Source: a bacterium (GTDB lineage Bacteria > Hinthialibacterota > Hinthialibacteria > Hinthialibacterales > Hinthialibacteraceae). Taken from it: a stretch of DNA of 28,643 bases. Shown piece by piece: positions 18,717 to 26,124 of this stretch; position 1 is the first letter of the stretch; each line of letters opens with the position of its first letter. The translations under genes and the position numbers were made by a program. The DNA lies in assembly GCA_041946805.1 (NCBI GenBank), contig JBHGBC010000070.1, positions 1 through 28,643 on the forward strand, in the 5' to 3' direction. The notes beneath the pieces are model-generated. The model was not told the DNA's origin. It was given only the letters and a program-made list of their open reading frames with translations, and searched no databases.

Positions 18717-20039
18717 GTGAATGCGACATTGAATCGGAGAGGTTTCATTCGGCGCGGTTCCGTGGTGGCCTTGAGCCTGCCGGCGTTCCAGCGGACAGCG
18801 AAAGCGGGAGAGCCGGCGGCGGATCCCGCCCGGCCGGTCCGGATCGGGGTGATCGGCGTGGGCGGGCGCGGGTATTCGTTGCTGAGCCTCCTTGCAGGCA
18901 TCGAAAACGTGCGCATTCCCGCCCTGTGCGACATCCGGCCGGAGCGGGTGGAAATCGGCCAAAAGTTGGTGACCGAAGCCGGTCAACCCCAGCCGGAGGG
19001 GTATGTCAAGGATGATTACGCCTACGAAAAGCTGTGCGCGCGCGAGGACCTGGACGGGGTGATCATCGCCACGCCCTGGGACTGGCACGCGCGCATGGCC
19101 GTGGCGGCCATGAAAGCGGGGAAATACGCCGGGGTGGAAGTGCCGGCGGCGCAAACGCTCGAGGAATGCTGGGACCTGGTGGACACCACGGAGAAGACCG
19201 GCGTCCCGTGCATGATGCTCGAGAACTGGAGTTTCCGGCGGGACAACCTGGCCGTGTTGAACATGATCCGCGCGGGCCTGCTGGGCGAAACGGTCCATGC
19301 CCAATGCGCCTACGCCCACGATTGCGTGACGTATTTCTGCGACGCGGAAGGCCGGCCCCGCTGGCAAGGCGAATATTTGTTCACCCGGAATCGCGATCCC
19401 TATCCCACCCATGGCCTGGGGCCGGTGCTGAGCTGGATGGACATCCACTGCGGAGACCGTTTCGACCGCCTGACCACCGTGGCCACCGCCCCGTTCGGTC
19501 TGCAGCATTATCTCCAAAAGCAATTCGGGCCGGATCATCCCGCCGCCAAGCGCCCGGTCCTGCAGGGCGATGTGGTGACCACGATCGTGAAGACCAAGAA
19601 GGGCAAGACCATCACGATTATCAACGACATGGTGCTGCCCCGCCCGTACGACAACCGGTGGCTGGTCCAGGGGACCGGCGGCATCTACAGCCAGGAACAT
19701 GACGCGGTGTATCTCGAGGGCCGCAGTCCGAAATCGCACGAGTGGGAGCCGTTCGCGCCGTATCAGAAACAATACGACCATGCCTTGTGGCGGAATGCCC
19801 CGGCGGATGTCGAACAACGCGGCCACGGCGGACCGGATTATTTCGAGTTGGCGGAATTCGTGCGGGCGGTCCGGGCGAAAGGCCCGTTGCCGTTGGACAT
19901 CTACGATTCGGTGACCATGAGCAGCGTGGTGGCGCTGTCGGAGCAATCCCTCGCCCAGGGCGGCGCGCCGGTGGAATGCCCCGACTTCACGCGGGGAAAA
20001 TGGGAGAGCCGGAAGCCGGTTTTCGCGGTGGAGGCGTGA
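18717..20039 (+). CDS. Tat-exported Gfo/Idh/MocA oxidoreductase, GH109 (alpha-N-acetylgalactosaminidase-like)
   Basis: Twin-arginine LNRRGFI, Rossmann IGVGGRG, ATPWDWH, VEVPAA, MMLEN, YPTHGLGP, GHGG.D, PDFTRGKW. Confidence 0.88.
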   Translation: MNATLNRRGFIRRGSVVALSLPAFQRTAKAGEPAADPARPVRIGVIGVGGRGYSLLSLLAGIENVRIPALCDIRPERVEIGQKLVTEAGQPQPEGYVKDDYAYEKLCAREDLDGVIIATPWDWHARMAVAAMKAGKYAGVEVPAAQTLEECWDLVDTTEKTGVPCMMLENWSFRRDNLAVLNMIRAGLLGETVHAQCAYAHDCVTYFCDAEGRPRWQGEYLFTRNRDPYPTHGLGPVLSWMDIHCGDRFDRLTTVATAPFGLQHYLQKQFGPDHPAAKRPVLQGDVVTTIVKTKKGKTITIINDMVLPRPYDNRWLVQGTGGIYSQEHDAVYLEGRSPKSHEWEPFAPYQKQYDHALWRNAPADVEQRGHGGPDYFELAEFVRAVRAKGPLPLDIYDSVTMSSVVALSEQSLAQGGAPVECPDFTRGKWESRKPVFAVEA

Positions 20040-20078
20040 GGGGGTAATGATTCCATTCCTCACGACAGAAAGATGTCA

Positions 20079-20306
20079 TCAACGCGAATCGCGGATGATT
20101 TCCGCTAATTTTCTAAGGGCATCATTGACGGCGGCGGATGTGGGAAATACACGCGCCACATCGGGATCGAGCACGACCACATTGGTTCCATGCGCGTAGC
20201 GTTTGGCCGTTACTCCCCTTTCGGCCTTGGAAAAGTCGTATTCGGGGCGCATCGTATCTTCATCCGCATGGGCGGGAGACGTTTTATTGACCGGTTCCTT
20301 CTTCAT
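20079..20306 (-). CDS. Antitoxin of a BrnT-type toxin-antitoxin pair (BrnA/CopG-like)
   Basis: 75 aa. MRPEYDFS..RG...LDPDVA..F....VNDALR. The ATG overlaps the restored toxin C-terminus. Confidence 0.75.
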   Translation of the reverse strand: MKKEPVNKTSPAHADEDTMRPEYDFSKAERGVTAKRYAHGTNVVVLDPDVARVFPTSAAVNDALRKLAEIIRDSR

Positions 20307-20570
20307 ATTGTCTTCGTTCCCGTGGAGTCGCTTCCCGCGCACTGATCAAGCGGGTTTTGTTTCTCTCTCCACATACGACACAACCAGACATCGTTTTCGT
20401 TGAGATACTCCAAGAAGCAAATAACGATCTTCGGTGATTGAATGATCCGGATCCGGCATATTCATGGAAAATGGATCGCCGAAAACCGTCGAGACCTCTT
20501 CAAATGACACTCCGTGTTTGCGCAAATTCATAACCGCTTTTTGGGAATCCCATTCAAAATAATACATCAC
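20284..20570 (-). pseudogene. brnT: BrnT-family toxin with a 1-nt frameshift
   Basis: FEWD..KA..NLRKHGVSFEE, DPDHS..EDRY. The frame stops at 20346, but the -1 frame continues KTRLISAREATPRERRQYEEGTGQ* to 20284. Confidence 0.85.
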
Positions 20571-20665
20571 AAATCATCCCCTGCCAAGCATTTGTTTTAT
20601 TAACTCCTTTGTAATCAAGGATTTCTATACTACACTCCCCACGAAACCGCCCGATTGTCCATCTT

Positions 20666-22972
20666 CTAAATCAGCCACTCCAACAACTCCAACGCGCTCT
20701 TTTTGCCTTGCGCGCCGATTTCCAGCGGGGGGCCGGCGCAAGAGGGGCATCCCTGCTTGCATTGGCAGCCGTGGAGCAGGTCGCCGGCGGCCTTGAAGAG
20801 CTGCTGGTCGATGTCGTATATGCGGCGGGCGATGCCGATGCCGCCGGGATAGACATCGTACAGGTAAATGGTCGGCAGGCCGGAGAAGGGGGCGCGCACC
20901 ATGGGGGCGGCGCTGATATCGCGGGGATCGCACAGCACGAACACGGGAACCACGTTGCCCAGCGCCGTGGCCAGGGCGCGCAGGCCGCCGCCGAGGTCGA
21001 CCTGCCGGCGGGCCAGTTCTTCCATCAATTCGGCGGGAAATTCAATCCAATAGGATTCGGTCTGCTTGTCCAGCTGGGGCAGGTGGATGTTGCCGAAGCC
21101 CACGTTTTCATGGGTTTCGAAGCGGATCTTCTTGTATTTCGGGACGATGGTGCTGACCGCCACTTCGCCGAAGTACCGGTGAATGTGGGCGGGCGGGTCC
21201 TTGCGCCCGGTCTGGATCGGTTCGCTAAGGTCCGTGGTCAGCACCTTGATGTCGCTCTCTTCCACGGCGTCGGTGTAGTAATCGACGTCCACCTCGCGGG
21301 CGTAGGCGGTGCGGCCGTTCCAATCCAGTTTGTCGATGACGTAGGGCTGGCTCTGGTGCAGGTAGATGGCCTGCTCGTGGATCAGCATGGGCGCGCTGTG
21401 GAGGTCCACTTCGCCCAGCACGCGGTTGCCGTCGCTGGTGTTGATGATCACGAAGTTCTCCGAACTGGCCGACCGCAGCGAGATCTCCTCGGCGGGATAG
21501 GCGGCGCTGGACCAGAACCACTTGTCCCCCGCGTGGCGCAACACGCGCTCTTCTTCCAGGTAACGGAGGATGCCCTCGACCTCCACGCGGCCGAAGGGTT
21601 CGCCTTCGTTGAACGGCAACTCGAACGCCCCGCATTTCAGATGGCTGGCGAGGATGGCGAGGTTGTCGGGATTGACCAGGCCGCTTTCGGGGGTCGTGCC
21701 GAAGAAATACCGGGGGTGTTGGATGATGAACTGGTCGAGGGGGGCCGAACTGGCCACCAGGAAGACCACCGAAGATTCCTGGGTGCGTCCCGCGCGGCCG
21801 CCCTGCTGCCAAGTGGAGGCGATGGTTCCCGGGTATCCCGCGAGCACCGCCGCCTTGAGCCGGCCGATGTCGATGCCCAGCTCCAGGGCGTTGGTGCTGA
21901 CCACGCCCAGGTAGCGCCCGGAACGCGTGCCTTCCTCGATGTCGCGGCGTTCGTTGGGGAGATAGCCGCCCCGGTAGCCGCGGATGCGGTCGGGATCTTT
22001 CTTGTGGCGCTCCATGGCGCGCTTGAGGTAGGTGGTGAGGATCTCCACGCGCAGGCGGCTGCGGCCGAAGACGATGGTCTGGACGCCCTGCAGCAGGAAC
22101 TTGGTGGCGATGCGGCTGGCCTCGTTGATCACCGACTTGCGGATGCCCAGTTCCTGGTTGATGACCGGGGGATTGTAGAAGATGAAATGCTTTTCGCCCC
22201 GGGGCGCGCCGTTGTTGTCGATCAGGCGGAAGGGGACGCCGAAGAGCTGCTCGGAGAGTTCCTTGGGATTGGCGATAGTCGCCGAGCAACAGATGAAGCG
22301 GGGATTCGCGCCGTAGAAGCGGCCGATCCGCCGCAGCCGGCGCATCAGGTTGGCGAGATGGCTGCCGAACACGCCGCGGTAGTGATGCACTTCATCCACC
22401 ACCACGAATTGCAGATTTTCGAACAGCCGGATCCAGAGAGTGTGGTGCGGCAGGATGCCGGTGTGCAGCATGTCCGGATTGGTGACGACAATATGGCCGG
22501 AGTTGCGGATGGCGCGGCGGGCGGTTTGGGGGGTGTCGCCGTCGAAGGTGTGAATCTTGATATCACGCCCTAGTTGCGAGGCGATATCCCGAGCCTCCAG
22601 CACCTGATCCTGCGACAGCGCCTTGGTCGGAAAGAGGTACAACGCCCGGGCTTCGGGATTGATGAGGGTGAGATGATGCAGCACCGGCAGGTTGTAGCAC
22701 ATGGTCTTGCCGGAGGCGGTGGGGGTGACCACGATCACGTTTTCACCCCGCAGGACACGATCGACGGCCGCGGCCTGGTGGCTATAAAGGTTCTCGATAC
22801 CCCGTTGTTTCAACACGTCCCGCAGTCCGGGGGAAAAGCCGTCCGGCCAGGGGCCGTATTCGGCCGGCTGGGCGGGAATGGTATGCCAGAAGGTGATATT
22901 CTCCCGGATGTGGGGATCGGAGCGGAGGGATTCCAATACGGTATCGACGTCGGCCATCTCAACCCAGGTCAT
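20666..22972 (-). CDS. DEAD/DEAH-box helicase with DUF1998 Zn domain (MrfA/YprA/SftH/Hrq1 family)
   Basis: LYSHQ, TPTASGKT, PTKAL.QDQ, DEVH, SAT, LELGIDIG, QQGGRAGR, and C-terminal CDPRD...YD..PGG.G...CQCKQGCPSC. Confidence 0.93.
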   Translation of the reverse strand: MTWVEMADVDTVLESLRSDPHIRENITFWHTIPAQPAEYGPWPDGFSPGLRDVLKQRGIENLYSHQAAAVDRVLRGENVIVVTPTASGKTMCYNLPVLHHLTLINPEARALYLFPTKALSQDQVLEARDIASQLGRDIKIHTFDGDTPQTARRAIRNSGHIVVTNPDMLHTGILPHHTLWIRLFENLQFVVVDEVHHYRGVFGSHLANLMRRLRRIGRFYGANPRFICCSATIANPKELSEQLFGVPFRLIDNNGAPRGEKHFIFYNPPVINQELGIRKSVINEASRIATKFLLQGVQTIVFGRSRLRVEILTTYLKRAMERHKKDPDRIRGYRGGYLPNERRDIEEGTRSGRYLGVVSTNALELGIDIGRLKAAVLAGYPGTIASTWQQGGRAGRTQESSVVFLVASSAPLDQFIIQHPRYFFGTTPESGLVNPDNLAILASHLKCGAFELPFNEGEPFGRVEVEGILRYLEEERVLRHAGDKWFWSSAAYPAEEISLRSASSENFVIINTSDGNRVLGEVDLHSAPMLIHEQAIYLHQSQPYVIDKLDWNGRTAYAREVDVDYYTDAVEESDIKVLTTDLSEPIQTGRKDPPAHIHRYFGEVAVSTIVPKYKKIRFETHENVGFGNIHLPQLDKQTESYWIEFPAELMEELARRQVDLGGGLRALATALGNVVPVFVLCDPRDISAAPMVRAPFSGLPTIYLYDVYPGGIGIARRIYDIDQQLFKAAGDLLHGCQCKQGCPSCAGPPLEIGAQGKKSALELLEWLI

Positions 22973-23002
22973 AATTCAAGATGTTGATTTTGTTTCCTAA
23001 CA

Positions 23003-23014
23003 GAACAAATGTTC
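23003..23014. promoter_or_regulatory. Putative LexA/SOS box GAAC-N4-GTTC
   Basis: GAACAAATGTTC palindrome 5 nt downstream of the helicase -10 element, over the expected transcription start. Confidence 0.7.
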
Positions 23015-23019
23015 AGTAA

Positions 23020-23048
23020 AGTATAGGGATGAGGAATGAGAAAGTCAA
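23020..23048 (-). promoter_or_regulatory. Sigma70-type promoter of the helicase gene
   Basis: Minus strand TTGACT (23048-23043), 17-nt spacer, TATACT (23025-23020). Confidence 0.8.
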
Positions 23049-23155
23049 GAAAAGTCACAGAAGATGTTGCCATTTTCCTTGGCGGGATTGAAATTTACGA
23101 ATTTCAAATATAACCAATTATGGATTCGGTTAATCATTCAATCTGTTGTTTCATA

Positions 23156-23182
23156 TTGAAATCAGGCAGGAAATGATATAAT
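23156..23182 (+). promoter_or_regulatory. Putative promoter of the LamG gene
   Basis: Perfect extended -10 TGaTATAAT (23174-23182). TTGAAA at 23156-23161 with a short 15-nt spacer. Confidence 0.5.
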
Positions 23183-23353
23183 GGTCTGCTTTTTTAGAAT
23201 TCCATGTTGAAAGGAGGCCGACTGATCGCAGAACCAGACGATGACTCAATTCGGAAATGGGGAAATTGTTATCTGTCACAGGTCCATTTGGGTGTAGCCC
23301 GGAATGGGGAAACAGCCGTTTCCTGAAACCCGATTAAAGAAGGAGAAGAGCAG

Positions 23354-24766
23354 ATGAAACAATATGCGGTGATTTTCGGATTGCTGGGTATCTTGGTGGC
23401 TATGCAGGTCCCCGGCTACGCGCAGCCATTGGCGTCGTTTGATTTCAACGAGGGGAGTGGAAACACGACCACGTCCAATCCAGGCGGGCTGGTGGGAACC
23501 TTGGGATTGACGGATCCTCCTGATCTTACCGGAGCGATCGTAGTGAATGACGACAATCCGTCCGGGGCGGCCAATGACAAGTCGATTCAGTTCACGGGCG
23601 TGGACGGCCTGAGCGCGGCGGGCGAGCAGGCGGCGTTCGCGGACTTGATCCAGAATCCGCTGACGGTGGAAGCGTGGGTGAAGGTGGACCAGTTCGCCCA
23701 GGAATGGGAAGATGTCTTTCGTTTGGGTAACAGCCTGAAACTGGGTTTCCACAATGGAAACATTGTGTGGACGACATTGGGCGTCCTCGACTGGCAGAGT
23801 GAAGTGCCGGTGCCCGCGGGCGAATGGCACCATATCGCGGTGGCGTGGACACCCGGGGACATCGCCATTTTTTATCTGGACGGAGAGGAAGTGAATTCCA
23901 TTACAGACGCCGGTCCGGCCCGCGCTCTGCAGAACAGTTTGCTTTCCATCGGGTCATCGCATACCGCGTCGAGCATCCTGATCGGATCAATCGACCGCCT
24001 GCGGATCCACAAGGCAATTCTAGAGCCGGCGCAGCTCGATTCCGTCGCCGCCACGCCCAAGGCGGCGGACGCCAACACGGTGATCGCCTACGACTTCAAC
24101 GAGGGCTTGCCCGCGCAGAACAAGGGTTCTTTCACCATGCAGCCCACGGCGGGAATCGTGGAGGCCCAATACGCTAACGCCATGCCGGAGTTCCGGACGG
24201 ATACGCCCACGGGCCAAGCGGGTGATTACTCCCTGTATTTCAATGGGATCGGTTCGCGGGTGGAAGTCCCGGATCCCGATTTCAAGATCGCGTTGGACGT
24301 GACCGGGAATTTCACCCTGGAAGCGTATATCAAATTCGACGACCTGCCGGGCGCGCGTTCCATGATCCTGGCCTATGGCGTTCCCGGAGCGGGCGGGTAT
24401 TCGTTCTCGGTGACCAGTGACCGGAACCTGTTCGCCACGACCTATGGCATTTTGGATTTCGATATGGCGGTCGAAGCGGTCATCTCCGACACCAACTGGC
24501 ATCACGCCGCAGTCGTGCTCGACGGTGACAACGGGCAGATGCGGTTCTACGTGGACGGCGAATTGAAGACCACCGTGGACTACACGGGCGGGATCAATAC
24601 AACGACAGGGAATTACCTGTTCATCGGTATGGAAGGGACGGCCACCGCGCCGGGGAATCTCTACAAGGGATTCATTGACCGGATCCGGATTTACGACACC
24701 GTACGGACACCCGACCAGTTCGATATCGTCACGCCGGTGAGCGTGGACAGTTGGATGATGTTCTAA
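23354..24766 (+). CDS. Secreted protein with two LamG-like (Laminin_G_3 / concanavalin-like) domains and a C-terminal VSVDSWMMF motif
   Basis: Signal peptide ending GYA-Q and AAGGAG RBS. Two copies of FNEG...TxEA[WY]xK...WHHxA...FYxDGE...GxIDRxRI. Confidence 0.9.
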   Translation: MKQYAVIFGLLGILVAMQVPGYAQPLASFDFNEGSGNTTTSNPGGLVGTLGLTDPPDLTGAIVVNDDNPSGAANDKSIQFTGVDGLSAAGEQAAFADLIQNPLTVEAWVKVDQFAQEWEDVFRLGNSLKLGFHNGNIVWTTLGVLDWQSEVPVPAGEWHHIAVAWTPGDIAIFYLDGEEVNSITDAGPARALQNSLLSIGSSHTASSILIGSIDRLRIHKAILEPAQLDSVAATPKAADANTVIAYDFNEGLPAQNKGSFTMQPTAGIVEAQYANAMPEFRTDTPTGQAGDYSLYFNGIGSRVEVPDPDFKIALDVTGNFTLEAYIKFDDLPGARSMILAYGVPGAGGYSFSVTSDRNLFATTYGILDFDMAVEAVISDTNWHHAAVVLDGDNGQMRFYVDGELKTTVDYTGGINTTTGNYLFIGMEGTATAPGNLYKGFIDRIRIYDTVRTPDQFDIVTPVSVDSWMMF

Positions 24767-24794
24767 GCGAGTATTGCAGGTTTGAGTGTTGAGT

Positions 24795-24829
24795 AAGGGG
24801 AGCGCCGACTCCCCTTTTTCTTGTTTTTT
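24795..24829 (+). terminator. Intrinsic terminator
   Basis: AAGGGGAG-cgccga-CTCCCCTT followed by TTTCTTGTTTTTT, 28 nt after the LamG stop. Confidence 0.8.
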
Positions 24830-24917
24830 CGCAACTATAGTACTTGTCCGCACGGATCATTGGCCGCCTTTTTCCCCCCCCATTTCTGCATCAGAAGGGT
24901 GACCTGTTACCCTGTAT

Positions 24918-25844
24918 TTACACAGTCATGGGGTCATCGCTCTTGGAAAACGCCTTGGCGATATTCTTGAGCGTTTCCACCATCTCCACGGGGAACAAAA
25001 CCACGGTGTTCGAGGGGCCGGCCCCCAGGGCGTCGATGGTTTGCAGGGTTCTCAGTTTCATCGCCCCGGCCGTCTTTTCCATAATGTCAGCCGCCGCCGC
25101 CAGATTCACCGCCGCGATCTTGTCACCCTCCGCCTTCGTGATCGTGGCCCGTTTCTCCCGTTCGGCCGAGGCTTGCCGGGACATGATCCGCTTCAGGTCT
25201 TCCGGCATCTCGATGTCCTGCAGACGAATGGAATCCAGGTGCAATCCCCAATTTCGGATGTGTTCTTCCACCACCTCCGCGATCCGCTTCTGAATCTGCT
25301 CGCGCTCGGACAAGAGTTCATCCAGCGAGAGTCCGCCCACGACGTCCCGCAATGTCGCCTGCGCGTACTGAGCGATGGCGAACGCGAAATCCTGAATCTG
25401 GATGATGGCCTTTTCCGCGTCCGACACCAGGAAATACAAGACCCCGTCGATGGCCGCGGGCACATTGTCTTTGGTCATCACCTGCTGACTGGGAATGTTG
25501 AGCGTCAACAACCGCAGGTCCACGAACCGGACATTATCGATGTAGGGTATGATATACATAATGCCCGGCCCCTGGACGGCCTGGAACTTCCCGAGACGGA
25601 GCACCACGCCCCGTTCCCATTGCGCGGCGACACGGATTCCGGAAATCAAGATTCCCCAAAGGACGGCACATATCACTCCGGCCGCAATCCGGCCGAATCC
25701 GATCGTGCCGCCTTGTTGAAGCGGTCCCGCATAAAGCATTAGCCCTCCGAAAATGACAGGAACAAGAAACAGGATCATGCGCAACGATCCGCCCAAGGAG
25801 ACATGTCCCCTTTTCGGTTCCGCGTATACTCTTTGTGATTCCAT
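24918..25844 (-). CDS. SPFH/band 7 stomatin-like (slipin) protein
   Basis: Two N-terminal TMs, WERGVVLRLG, TKDNV, AQATLRDVVG, QASAEREKRA, LRTLQT. AAGGAGG RBS before ATG 25844. Confidence 0.92.
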   Translation of the reverse strand: MESQRVYAEPKRGHVSLGGSLRMILFLVPVIFGGLMLYAGPLQQGGTIGFGRIAAGVICAVLWGILISGIRVAAQWERGVVLRLGKFQAVQGPGIMYIIPYIDNVRFVDLRLLTLNIPSQQVMTKDNVPAAIDGVLYFLVSDAEKAIIQIQDFAFAIAQYAQATLRDVVGGLSLDELLSEREQIQKRIAEVVEEHIRNWGLHLDSIRLQDIEMPEDLKRIMSRQASAEREKRATITKAEGDKIAAVNLAAAADIMEKTAGAMKLRTLQTIDALGAGPSNTVVLFPVEMVETLKNIAKAFSKSDDPMTV

Positions 25845-26124
25845 CTGCTTGACCTCCTTTTGCCGGTTCATCCGGGATCGGAGTTCTCGAGAGTGAAAAC
25901 CGAAACCCATCTCCTTCGGCTCCCCCCGGATACAAATCCAATTGATCCTACCAGAAAATGGCCGGGAAGTTATCTCATTTTTGGCTCATCCGGCAATCAG
26001 GATGATCCCGGAACATCAACGACTCGTTGAAATGGATACGAAGCCAGTGGGCGCCACTACGAACGGCCGGGGTGCGGTGAAAAGTGAAACGGTCAGCCGG
26101 ACCATGAGATCCTTGGTCCATGGA

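Noticed and set aside
20666..22972. DUF1998 helicase as a DISARM (DrmAB) or Druantia defence component
   Set aside because: Single ~770-aa MrfA/SftH-type protein with no methylase, PLD or other defence partners nearby. The SOS box favours DNA repair.
23241..23297. 18-codon leader ORF (MTQFGNGEIVICHRSIWV) upstream of the LamG gene
   Set aside because: The nearest strong SD (AAAGGAGG) is about 24 nt away and there is no attenuator signature.
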